A DNA stretch of 64,000 nt, taken from assembly GCA_041396725.1 (NCBI GenBank), contig JAWKYA010000004.1:20019-84018 (forward strand), written 5' to 3'. This stretch comes from Alphaproteobacteria bacterium. Lineage in GTDB: Bacteria; Pseudomonadota; Alphaproteobacteria; JAWKYA01. The notes beneath the pieces were generated by a model that made no database searches, was not told the DNA's origin, and was given only the letters and a program-made list of their open reading frames with translations. A program made the position numbers and the translations under genes. This document shows, piece after piece, positions 12,070 to 21,368 of the stretch (position 1 is its first letter; each line of letters starts with the position of its first letter).

Positions 12070-12135
12070 CTGTATGAAGTTATCACAAGTAAGTCACACG
12101 CATCCAAAAGTGCGAAACTTTGTATTTGTTGATTA

Positions 12136-12564
12136 ATGCCTCTTAATCTGATCAAGCTGTGTGTGGGGATTTCAGATATAAAACATCTGAAAACTGTCCA
12201 AGCGCAACGCCGCCGTGCAGCCAAACGGAAATTTTCCCGTCATATAACACGAAATTGGCCGCGCCGAGCGGAAGAAATTCTCACTCAAAAAGGATCTCTG
12301 TACTGGGTTATAAAGGGCGTGATCCGGGTACGACAGCCAATTATTGGCTTCGATGAACTAGAAGATGATGAAGGTCGGCCGACCTGCGGTATTCGTTTAG
12401 CATCTCAGCTTGTCCCAGTTATGCCGTATCCTTTTCGGCCCTTTCAGGGTTGGCGGTATTTAGAAAATAAGGATGCGCCACCAGATTTGCGTAGTGCAAA
12501 AGGCGATATAGCAAAAATCCCAGCGGATCTCTTGGCTGAACTCAGGAGCTTAGGTCTTATGTAG
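12136..12564 (+). CDS. DUF1489 family protein
   Basis: MPLNLIKLCVG, HITRNWPRR, GSLYWVIKG and RPFQGWRYL match the conserved DUF1489 pattern. Confidence 0.85.
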   Translation: MPLNLIKLCVGISDIKHLKTVQAQRRRAAKRKFSRHITRNWPRRAEEILTQKGSLYWVIKGVIRVRQPIIGFDELEDDEGRPTCGIRLASQLVPVMPYPFRPFQGWRYLENKDAPPDLRSAKGDIAKIPADLLAELRSLGLM

Positions 12565-12567
12565 AGC

Positions 12568-14034
12568 CTAGAAAAAGCTTCGAACGATCGCCAAAGCACC
12601 ATGAGTAAAAAGTTTTTGTAGATATACCGTAACCTGATCTGTGAAAATTCTATTTTGCGGAAGATCCTCACCAAAGATGGAGCGTAAAGCAAGTAGCTCA
12701 TGTGCTAAAGATTGAGCATTGGGTCCTGTTTTTGCGGATATTCGTGCAAATTCTGCGGCCATAGGATCTCGCACATCGATTTTTCGACCATGTTCATCTT
12801 GGCCATAAACGTAGCGCATCCATGCAGATACACCAAGACTAAGGTATTGAATCGAAGCGCCATCTCTTAAACGGTCACGGATTGTCTCTAATAATCGTTG
12901 AGGGAGTTTTTGCGAACCATCCATTGCAATTTGCCAGGTCCGATGTTTTAGCGCTGAATTATAGAAGCGCTCACGCAAAGCAACCTTATAACGGGTAAGA
13001 TCAATGCCATCGATTGGCGGTAGAGTTGGGGCGATCTCTTTATCCATTAGCTCCTTAATAAAATCGGCAATGGGTGAGTTCATGGCATCAGCGACTTTAT
13101 CAAAGCCACTGAGATAACCTAGATACGCAAGGGAAGAATGGCTTCCATTCAGGAGCCTTAATTTCATAAGCTCGAAGGGGCGAACATCTTTTGTGAACTG
13201 GACACCTTCTTTTTCCCAAGCCGGCCGCCCAGAAGCAAAGCGATCTTCGATGACCCACTGAGAAAAAGGCTCAGTTACAACGGGCCATGAGTCTGAGAGA
13301 CCCATAGCATGATCGATTACCATCCGATCATCATCGGTCGTTGCTGGAACAATGCGATCGACCATGGAATTGGGGCAAGGGATATGGCTATGGATCCAAG
13401 ATCCTAAAGCTTTATCTCGTAAAGTGGCAAATTGCTGTAGGAGTTTGGCGATAGTATCACCATTACTTGGCAAATTATCACAAGAAAGCACAGTGAAGGC
13501 AGATAAGTTCGCTGCTTTACGGAAAGAGATTGCTGCTACGATAAATCCTAAGGCAGATCGCGGTCTTTCCGGATGGGTAAGGTCATGCCGAATATCTGGA
13601 TGCTCTGTGTTCAGATTCCCAGTAGCAGGATCGTGGCAATATCCTTTTTCTGTGATGGTTAGGCTTACAATCTTTGTTGAGGGATGGCAGAGCCTATCGA
13701 GTACAGCCTGTGGAGACTCTGGTGCCACTAAGATTTCGGTAACGGAGCCAATAATGCGCAATCGCTCTTCCGAAGCATCTCGAATAGCAAGGGTATATAA
13801 CCCATTTTGAGGCACTAGAGCATCCCGAGTATCCGGGCGACGAAGGCTGACCCCACTAATCAACCAAGGGCCAGGATTGCGATTAAGGACATCATCTGTA
13901 TAAACGGCTTGATGGGCACGGTGAAACGCACCAATACCCAGGTGAACGATACCAATCTCTAGATTTTCGCGTTTATAGCGAGGTTTGAAAATCGTTGAGG
14001 GTAGGGTCGAGTATGATGCAGCAGAGAGCCTCAC
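12568..14034 (-). CDS. uxuB: Mannitol dehydrogenase-family D-mannonate oxidoreductase (fructuronate reductase)
   Basis: GIVHLGIGAFHRAHQAVYTD, LSCDNL, MVDRIVPAT, KLRLLNGSH, IAMDGSQKLPQR; adjacent to uxaC. Confidence 0.85.
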   Translation of the reverse strand: MRLSAASYSTLPSTIFKPRYKRENLEIGIVHLGIGAFHRAHQAVYTDDVLNRNPGPWLISGVSLRRPDTRDALVPQNGLYTLAIRDASEERLRIIGSVTEILVAPESPQAVLDRLCHPSTKIVSLTITEKGYCHDPATGNLNTEHPDIRHDLTHPERPRSALGFIVAAISFRKAANLSAFTVLSCDNLPSNGDTIAKLLQQFATLRDKALGSWIHSHIPCPNSMVDRIVPATTDDDRMVIDHAMGLSDSWPVVTEPFSQWVIEDRFASGRPAWEKEGVQFTKDVRPFELMKLRLLNGSHSSLAYLGYLSGFDKVADAMNSPIADFIKELMDKEIAPTLPPIDGIDLTRYKVALRERFYNSALKHRTWQIAMDGSQKLPQRLLETIRDRLRDGASIQYLSLGVSAWMRYVYGQDEHGRKIDVRDPMAAEFARISAKTGPNAQSLAHELLALRSIFGEDLPQNRIFTDQVTVYLQKLFTHGALAIVRSFF

Positions 14035-15314
14035 TTACCAAGCACCCGTGGCAGAAATAGGGATACCTCAGGTACATAGGTAATAATCGCTAAAACGATT
14101 AAGCTGACTAAAAAGAAGGGCCAGATGGTTCGCATTGATTGCATGATTGAGATTTTACCTATCGCGCAGCCAACAAATAAAACTGAACCTACAGGAGGCG
14201 TAATAAGGCCGATGCCTTGATTTAAAATCATGATGATTCCAAAGTGAACAGGATCCATCCCATAAGCCTTAACGACAGGCAAGAAAATAGGCGTGCTAAT
14301 GATAATGAGGGGCGCCATATCCATGAAGGTCCCTAAAAATAAAAGCAAAACATTGATCATGAGAAAAATAACTAAGCTATTATTGCTAAAGTGGCGCATA
14401 AATTCGATCGTAACGGCAGGTACTTGCAACAGAGCCATAAGCCATCCAAAGGCACCCGCTGTGCCAATTACTAAAAGAACAAGCGCTGTAGTGCGAACGG
14501 CACCTAAAGTCGCGTGAACAAAATCCTTCCAGCTCAAACTACGATAAACGAGTAAAGTAACTAAAAGCGCATAGATCGTCGCAATCATCGAGCTTTCTGT
14601 TGCAGTAAAAACACCAGATCGTACGCCACCTATAATAACAGCGACGAGCAGAAGTCCTGGTACTGAGACGATAAAAATACGTCCTAACGCGGCAAAGCCG
14701 GGGAATTTTTCAGCGGGATAGCCTCGCCTCAGGGCAACGATATAGGCTGTAATCATTAGAGCGAGTGCCAGGAGGATGCCAGGAAGAATACCAGCAGTAA
14801 ATAAATCGGCGATAGAGATAGAGCCACCAGCCGAGATAGAGTAAATGATCATATTGTGGCTTGGTGGAATAAGGAGAGCGATAATCGCAGACATCACGGT
14901 AACATTGACAGCGTAATCAACGTCATAGCCGCGCTTTGTCATTTGCGGGATCATAAGGCCGCCTACAGCTGAAGCATCTGCAACAGCTGAACCAGAAATT
15001 CCCCCAAACAGCGTACTAGACATAACATTAACAAGGCCTAAGCCGCCCCGCGTATGCCCTACTAATGCGGCTGCTAGACGAATAAGTCGTTCAGCAATAG
15101 CGCCGCGTAACATCAGCTCACCAGCATAGATAAAGAAAGGGATTGCCATCAAGGCAAAGACATTCATGCTCGATGACATTCGCTGAAATATCACCAACGG
15201 GGGTAACCCCAAATAAATAATCGTAATTAGGGATGAAAGCCCCATGACAAAGGCAATGGGCATTCCTAGGAACATCAAAAGTATAAAGCTGATGAAAAGA
15301 ACTGCGAGAGCCAT
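14031..15314 (-). CDS. TRAP transporter large permease (DctM)
   Basis: AIPFFIYAGELM, FGGISGSAVADA, IPPSHNMIIY, GLITPPVG. Confidence 0.95.
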   Translation of the reverse strand: MALAVLFISFILLMFLGMPIAFVMGLSSLITIIYLGLPPLVIFQRMSSSMNVFALMAIPFFIYAGELMLRGAIAERLIRLAAALVGHTRGGLGLVNVMSSTLFGGISGSAVADASAVGGLMIPQMTKRGYDVDYAVNVTVMSAIIALLIPPSHNMIIYSISAGGSISIADLFTAGILPGILLALALMITAYIVALRRGYPAEKFPGFAALGRIFIVSVPGLLLVAVIIGGVRSGVFTATESSMIATIYALLVTLLVYRSLSWKDFVHATLGAVRTTALVLLVIGTAGAFGWLMALLQVPAVTIEFMRHFSNNSLVIFLMINVLLLFLGTFMDMAPLIIISTPIFLPVVKAYGMDPVHFGIIMILNQGIGLITPPVGSVLFVGCAIGKISIMQSMRTIWPFFLVSLIVLAIITYVPEVSLFLPRVLGK

Positions 15315-15316
15315 AA

Positions 15317-15829
15317 TTATTCTGCCGTAGTCGATACAGGCGCAAGATTCTTGCGTGCCGCAGGATTGATTATTTGTTCGATAGAAAAGAGAAAAATAAG
15401 AGTGCCAGATAACGGAAGAGGTAAGTAGCTTATACCTTCTGGAAGTCCGAGAACCGGTATTTTAACGCTCCATGTTTGTGCAGTTAACTGACCACCCCAC
15501 CAGAGCATGGTGAGGCCGAAAAAACCGACCATTAAATTAGAAATGCGGGCCATTAACTGTTGAGTAGATTCCGAGGCGATGTTTTGAAAGAAATCCATGC
15601 CTAGGTGAAAATGCTCGCGAATTCCAACTGCGGCGGTCAGGAGGATAAAATAAAGCATCAAGACAAGCGATAAAGGCTCAGTCCAAGCTGGCGTATCATT
15701 CAATACGAATCGCCCAAATACTTGCCATGCGATTGCGATAGTCATGACAACAAGCCCTGTTCCACTTATCCAAAGAGCAGCCTTTGCTAGTTTCCCCATC
15801 AGATAGGAGTAATTCGCCACAGTAAGCAT
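15317..15829 (-). CDS. TRAP transporter small permease (DctQ)
   Basis: Four hydrophobic segments; QVFGRFVLNDTPAWTE; lies between dctP and dctM. Confidence 0.9.
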   Translation of the reverse strand: MLTVANYSYLMGKLAKAALWISGTGLVVMTIAIAWQVFGRFVLNDTPAWTEPLSLVLMLYFILLTAAVGIREHFHLGMDFFQNIASESTQQLMARISNLMVGFFGLTMLWWGGQLTAQTWSVKIPVLGLPEGISYLPLPLSGTLIFLFSIEQIINPAARKNLAPVSTTAE

Positions 15830-15845
15830 CAGCGTAATTCCTATT

Positions 15846-15875
15846 AAGGGGAGATGGATATGCCCATCTCCCCTT
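15846..15875 (-). other. Perfect 12-bp stem-loop just 3' of the TRAP binding-protein gene
   Basis: AAGGGGAGATGG-ATATGC-CCATCTCCCCTT; no U-tract follows on the transcribed (-) strand. Confidence 0.7.
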
Positions 15876-15886
15876 CTTATAAGGTG

Positions 15887-16867
15887 TTATTGAACGGCGC
15901 GTATGCGTTGAACAAGATCTTTCAACTTAGCGTCAGTGACAAACTTGTCATAGACAGGTGCCATTGCGTCGATAAAAGGTTTCTTATCGACCTCAGTTAC
16001 CTGTGCGCCCCCGGCTTTAACTGCAGTCATGGCTTCTTTCTCACTCGCTACCCACAATTCACGCATCTTTTTAACAGACTCTTTTGCTGTTTGACGAAGA
16101 GCCTTTTGATCCTCTGGCGAAAGCTTCATCCAAGTTTTCTTTGAGACAACCAAAACCTCAGGCGCCATAGAATGCTCGGTTAAGGTATAATACTTGGCGA
16201 TTTCAAAATGGCGGGTGCTTTGGTAACTCGGCCAATTATTTTCCGCACCATCGATAACACCTGTCTGTAGAGAGCTGTACACTTCACCAAATGGCATAGG
16301 TGTTGGGTTAGCGCCTAATGCTTGAACCAAAGCGATGAAAAGATCCGATTGCTGAACACGAAGCTTCAGACCTTTCATATCAGCAAGAGATTTTATCGGA
16401 TGCTTACTATTATAAAAGCTACGAGCTCCTGAGTCATAAAAGGCCAAACCAATCATATCATGAGGCTCAAAAGCCTTAAGGATATCATCACCAATGGGTC
16501 CATCCATCACCTTATGCATATGATCAACAGAACGGAATAAGAAAGGAAGGGAAGGGACTTGGGTTTCAGGTACGATGTTATTCAGGGGCGCCAGATTGAT
16601 GCGATTCATATCAATAACACCAAACTGAGTCTGCTGAATGGTATCCTTTTCTTCGCCTAACTGACTTGAGTGGAATACTTGAATCTTATACCGATTATTT
16701 GTTGCTTTGGCGAGTAAGTCGCTCATGTATTTAACAGCTTCGACGGTCGGATACCCATCGACGTGTGTATCTGCCGATCGGAGCACTGTTTGTGCATTTG
16801 CTATCCCAGCATACGCAACAAGGCCAGTTGCAATAAATGATGTCATAAGCCTTAGTCGGAATGTCAT
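15887..16867 (-). CDS. TRAP substrate-binding protein (DctP family, probable hexuronate binding)
   Basis: Signal peptide, [39 protein letters not shown]; inside the uronate cluster. Confidence 0.9.
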   Translation of the reverse strand: MTFRLRLMTSFIATGLVAYAGIANAQTVLRSADTHVDGYPTVEAVKYMSDLLAKATNNRYKIQVFHSSQLGEEKDTIQQTQFGVIDMNRINLAPLNNIVPETQVPSLPFLFRSVDHMHKVMDGPIGDDILKAFEPHDMIGLAFYDSGARSFYNSKHPIKSLADMKGLKLRVQQSDLFIALVQALGANPTPMPFGEVYSSLQTGVIDGAENNWPSYQSTRHFEIAKYYTLTEHSMAPEVLVVSKKTWMKLSPEDQKALRQTAKESVKKMRELWVASEKEAMTAVKAGGAQVTEVDKKPFIDAMAPVYDKFVTDAKLKDLVQRIRAVQ

Positions 16868-16884
16868 TTAATTCTCCCTTTCGA

Positions 16885-18288
16885 TTAAAGTTTATATGCT
16901 GACTTTGCCAGGCGGTAAGCAAGGTCGATAGCTACCTCCCGGGCTTCATCCTCATCCAGACGGTGCTCAGCGACGAGCCTGGCAAGGAAAGAGCAATCTA
17001 CCCGGCGCGCCACATCGTGACGTGCAGGTATGGATGTGAAGGCACGTGTATCATCGTTAAATCCAACAGTGTTATAAAAGCCTGCAGTTTCAGTAACTAA
17101 TTCACGATAGCGACGCATACCCTCAGGACTATCGAAAAACCACCATGCCGGCCCTAAACGTAAGGCTGGATAATGGCCAGCCAAGGGCGCTAATTCGCGG
17201 CTATAGGAAGTTTCATCAAGAGTAAAAAGGATAATTGTTAGGTGTGAATTGTTACCGAAACGATCGAGTAATGGCTTTAGTGCTTTAACGTAATCGGTTC
17301 TTGTGGGGATATCTGCGCCCTTATCTCGTCCATAAGTTAGAAAGAGATTAGAATTATGATTACGAAAACTACCGGGATGAATCTGGATGACTAACCCATC
17401 ATCAAGACTCATTCGCACCATCTCAGTTAAAATCTGACCACGGAAAATATCAGCTTCGGTAGAAGTTAATTTCCCCGCGAGTGCTTTTTGAAACAGGGAA
17501 GCTGCTTCTTTTTCAGAGAGGTCAACGGTTGTTGCCGTGGGATGTCCATGGTCAGTCGATGTTGCGCCATAAGATTTGAAATACTGACGCCGTTCCGCAA
17601 GAGCAGTGAGATAACCCTTCCAAGTATGGGTATCTTCTTTCGTTAAGTCGCCAAGGGTAGCAATGTTATCTACAAACCCAATATATTCAGGATCAACGAC
17701 GGGGTCCGGTCGGTAAGCTGTTACGATCTTACCTTTCCAATTACTCGCGCGAAGGGCCTTGTGATGGTCCAGAAGATCGAGAGGAGATTCTGTTGTCGCT
17801 AGAGCCTCGATTTTAAATTTCTCGAAAAGAGCTCTTGGTCGAAATTCAGAACTAGCGAGGCACGCCGCGACACGATCGTAAATTACGTTAGCCGTTTTTG
17901 GTCCTAACTTATCGGTTACTCCAAAGACTGTTTCTAAGGAGTGCTCCATCCACATTTTAGTTGGCGTCCCTCGAAATAGGTGCCAATTTTCAGCAAATAC
18001 CTGCCAGATTTTTCGTGGATCTGGGGTAGGATTGGATTTTCCGTCGATGCGTGATATGCCAAGATCACTCAGAGAAATACCCTGACTATAAAGCATGCGG
18101 AAGATATAATGATCTGGTATAACGAACAAGGTCGCCGGATCAGGGAAAGGCTCATCATAGGCAAACCACGCAGGGTCTGTATGGCCATGGGGACTAACGA
18201 TCGGTAAATCTTTGACTTCTGAATATAAGCGCCGCGCGATGGCACGCTGTGTTGTATCGCTTGAGAATAAACGATCGTCGTGTAACAA
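16885..18288 (-). CDS. uxaC: Glucuronate (uronate) isomerase
   Basis: PIVSPHGHTDP, PDHYIFRMLYSQG, STDHGH, GPAWWFFDSPEGM, GFNDDTRAF..IPARHDVARR. TTG start. Confidence 0.95.
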   Translation of the reverse strand: MLHDDRLFSSDTTQRAIARRLYSEVKDLPIVSPHGHTDPAWFAYDEPFPDPATLFVIPDHYIFRMLYSQGISLSDLGISRIDGKSNPTPDPRKIWQVFAENWHLFRGTPTKMWMEHSLETVFGVTDKLGPKTANVIYDRVAACLASSEFRPRALFEKFKIEALATTESPLDLLDHHKALRASNWKGKIVTAYRPDPVVDPEYIGFVDNIATLGDLTKEDTHTWKGYLTALAERRQYFKSYGATSTDHGHPTATTVDLSEKEAASLFQKALAGKLTSTEADIFRGQILTEMVRMSLDDGLVIQIHPGSFRNHNSNLFLTYGRDKGADIPTRTDYVKALKPLLDRFGNNSHLTIILFTLDETSYSRELAPLAGHYPALRLGPAWWFFDSPEGMRRYRELVTETAGFYNTVGFNDDTRAFTSIPARHDVARRVDCSFLARLVAEHRLDEDEAREVAIDLAYRLAKSAYKL

Positions 18289-18499
18289 GATTCCTCCTAG
18301 TTATTTTTATCGTCCTAATCGATCAGGCTGTAACTAATAGTATTTAAACAGATGATTATGTGGTTTATGCAAATGGGTATACCGAATCTTGAGGTGGAAA
18401 CGACATTTATATCTGCTCAGTAAATCAATAAAAGTTACAGCTTGACGCTGTGATGTGCTGGCCTGAAATGGCATGAGTAGAGAGTTCTCCCCCGACCGA

Positions 18500-18536
18500 T
18501 ATGCATGCATTGTCATGCATAATTGCCTGCATTATG
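18500..18536. promoter_or_regulatory. Candidate operator(s) in the uxaC/manD divergent intergenic region
   Basis: TATGCATG-N6-CATGCATA (18500-18521), overlapped by CATAAT-N7-ATTATG (18518-18536). Confidence 0.45.
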
Positions 18537-18612
18537 ACTACCTCGGTTTGGTGATCAAGTGGTAATGTGGTCAGGTTATTATTTCGCAGATGCAAAACAA
18601 GATAGGTATTTT

Positions 18613-19821
18613 ATGAAAATCAAAGATGCCCGCGTTATCGTAACTTGCCCCGGACGCAATTTCGTTACGCTCAAAATCTTAACGGATGAGGGGATTTATG
18701 GACTTGGGGATGCAACTCTAAACGGTCGCGAACTTTCAGTTGCTTCTTATCTAACGGATCACGTGATTCCTTGTCTTATTGGTCGAGATGCGCGTCGTAT
18801 AGAAGATATTTGGCAGTATTTATACCGAGGTGCCTATTGGCGGCGCGGACCTATAACAATGTCTGCTATAGCGGCGGTCGATACGGCACTGTGGGATATC
18901 AAAGCAAAGGCGGCAAATATGCCGCTTTATCAATTGCTTGGAGGATGTAGTCGTGAAGGTGTCATGGTTTACGGTCATGCTAATGGGCGCGATATCGAGG
19001 AAACAGTCGATCGGGTATCCGAGTATCTAGGCCTAGGGTATAAGGCTATTCGCGCTCAGTGTGGTATCCCTGGTTTAGAATCTACTTACGGCGTTAGTAA
19101 GGATAAGATGTTTTATGAACCAGCAGATGCGGATCTCCCAACAGAGAATCTCTGGTCAACTGAGAAATACCTCGATCATACACCTAAGTTATTCGAGAAG
19201 CTAAGAAGTAAGTTCGGTTTTGATCCCCATTTGCTTCATGATGTTCATCACCGTTTAACACCAATCGAGGCTGCGCGATTAGGGAAATCTTTTGAGCCTT
19301 ATCGACTATTCTGGATGGAAGATGCAACACCTGCAGAAAATCAGGAAGCCTTTCGATTAATTAGGCAACATACGACTACACCTATTGCTGTCGGCGAAGT
19401 ATTCAATACAATCTGGGACTGCAAAACTCTTATCCAGGAGCAGTTAATTGACTACATTCGTACAACAGTTGTGCACGCTGGTGGGATAACACATCTTCGT
19501 CGTATTGCAGATCTAGCCGCACTCTATCAGGTTCGCACAGGTAGCCATGGCGCAACGGACCTGTCGCCTATCTGTATGGGGGCAGCACTTCACTTCGATC
19601 TTTGGGTGCCAAACTTTGGTATACAGGAATACATGCGTCATACATCTGAAACAGATGAAGTTTTTCCCCATGCTTATAGCTTCAAGGATGGATATCTTTA
19701 TCCAGGAGAAGTTCCAGGGCATGGTGTTGATGTAGACGAAAAACTTGCATCTCGTTTTCCATACAAACGTGCTTACTTGCCGGTGAATCGTCTGCAAGAT
19801 GGGACTATGTGGCATTGGTAA
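18613..19821 (+). CDS. manD: D-mannonate dehydratase, enolase superfamily (ManD/RspA)
   Basis: [57 protein letters not shown], ending [16 protein letters not shown] 18613 preferred over the ORF-track start at 18559. Confidence 0.95.
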   Translation: MKIKDARVIVTCPGRNFVTLKILTDEGIYGLGDATLNGRELSVASYLTDHVIPCLIGRDARRIEDIWQYLYRGAYWRRGPITMSAIAAVDTALWDIKAKAANMPLYQLLGGCSREGVMVYGHANGRDIEETVDRVSEYLGLGYKAIRAQCGIPGLESTYGVSKDKMFYEPADADLPTENLWSTEKYLDHTPKLFEKLRSKFGFDPHLLHDVHHRLTPIEAARLGKSFEPYRLFWMEDATPAENQEAFRLIRQHTTTPIAVGEVFNTIWDCKTLIQEQLIDYIRTTVVHAGGITHLRRIADLAALYQVRTGSHGATDLSPICMGAALHFDLWVPNFGIQEYMRHTSETDEVFPHAYSFKDGYLYPGEVPGHGVDVDEKLASRFPYKRAYLPVNRLQDGTMWHW

Positions 19822-19849
19822 AGAGGTAAAGGCAGAGGAGAGGATCGCA

Positions 19850-21352
19850 ATGGAGATTTTAAAGATTCATCCTGCAGATAATATCTTCATTGCTTTAAAG
19901 GAATTACCAATAGGAACACCTTTGGAAGAGGGCGTTTTTACAAAAGAACCTATCCGCCAAGGTCATAAAGTTGCTGGTCAGAGAATACCAAAAGGATCCA
20001 TAGTCCTAAAGTTTGCTCAACCAATCGGCATCGCGAGCCGAGATATCGCGGCAGGTGAGCACGTCCACCTTCATAATCTTTCTTATATACCAAGCTCAAG
20101 TAATCATAGTTATGGCAGTGCATCTCGAGAGGTGCCGCATACTAAACTGGCAAACTTTCAAGGAATTATTCGTCCAAATGGGCAGATAGCTACTCGAAAT
20201 TATATTGGTATTCTGACGTCGGTGAATTGTTCAGCAACTGTAGCACGCCATATCGCCGACCAATTTCGCGGTTCTATCCTTGAGCAATGGCCAAATGTAG
20301 ATGGGGTTGTCGCCTTGACCCATAAAACGGGCTGCGGCATGGCTTCTGAAGGAGAAGCCATGAATATTCTAAGACGAACTATTGGTGGGTATGCGCGTCA
20401 TCCAAATTTCTTTGGCATACTGATTGTTGGGCTTGGTTGCGAGGCGAATCAGGTAGATCGTCTACTGGATGCAGAAGATTTATCACCCTCTGAGAATCTT
20501 TTCGATCTTATCATTCAGGAAGAGGGAGGGTCCTCGGCCACTGTTCGTGGTGGTGTCAGTAAAATTAAGGCGATGTTGGATAAAGCAAATAAGATTGAAC
20601 GCCAATCTGTTTCGGTTAGCCATTTAAAACTTGGGCTGCAATGTGGGGGTTCGGATGGGTTTTCTGCTCTTACCGCTAACCCAGCATTGGGTGTCGCATC
20701 GGATATTTTAGTTCAACATGGAGGTACGGCAGTTCTAAGTGAAACGCCAGAAATCTACGGCGCAGAGCATATACTATTAAGCCGCGCTGTTAGCCGAGAT
20801 ATCGCTGATAAGCTTCTTGAGCGGCTATCATGGTGGCAAGCTTATACGTCACGTACGGGCGAAACTCTTGATAATAATCCCTCACCGGGCAATAAAGAAG
20901 GTGGCTTGACGACTATTTTGGAGAAGTCTCTCGGTGCCGTTGCTAAAGGAGGAACATCACCTCTCGTTGATGTTGTTCAATTCGCCGAAACCCTAAAAAC
21001 CTCAGGATTTGTTTTTATGGATACACCAGGCTATGATCCTGTCTCTGTTACGGGGCAGGTTGCAGGTGGATGCAATATCGTCTGTTTTACTACAGGTCGG
21101 GGCTCCTGTTTTGGTTGCAAGCCAGTACCGAGCCTTAAACTTGCAACGAATACACCGATGTATCGGCGTATGATAGAAGATATGGATATTAACTGTGGTG
21201 AAATTATCGACGGAACTGCGACGGTAGAGGAGATGGGTCGAAAAATCTTCGATCTTATCGTTGCTACTGCTTCTGGAAAAAAGACCGCAAGTGAGCGCTT
21301 AGGTTATGGAGAAGATGAATTTGTTCCATGGGTAATCGGCGCAACCGTGTAG
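19850..21352 (+). CDS. uxaA: UxaA/GarD-family sugar-acid dehydratase (SAF + dehydratase domains)
   Basis: IHPADN, GHKVA, GEHVHLHN, TSVNCSATVA, LQCGGSDGFS..TANPALG, NPSPGNKEGGLTTILEKSLG. ATG 19850 follows GAGGAGAGGA. Confidence 0.85.
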   Translation: MEILKIHPADNIFIALKELPIGTPLEEGVFTKEPIRQGHKVAGQRIPKGSIVLKFAQPIGIASRDIAAGEHVHLHNLSYIPSSSNHSYGSASREVPHTKLANFQGIIRPNGQIATRNYIGILTSVNCSATVARHIADQFRGSILEQWPNVDGVVALTHKTGCGMASEGEAMNILRRTIGGYARHPNFFGILIVGLGCEANQVDRLLDAEDLSPSENLFDLIIQEEGGSSATVRGGVSKIKAMLDKANKIERQSVSVSHLKLGLQCGGSDGFSALTANPALGVASDILVQHGGTAVLSETPEIYGAEHILLSRAVSRDIADKLLERLSWWQAYTSRTGETLDNNPSPGNKEGGLTTILEKSLGAVAKGGTSPLVDVVQFAETLKTSGFVFMDTPGYDPVSVTGQVAGGCNIVCFTTGRGSCFGCKPVPSLKLATNTPMYRRMIEDMDINCGEIIDGTATVEEMGRKIFDLIVATASGKKTASERLGYGEDEFVPWVIGATV

Positions 21353-21368
21353 CTTTAACGATACAAAG

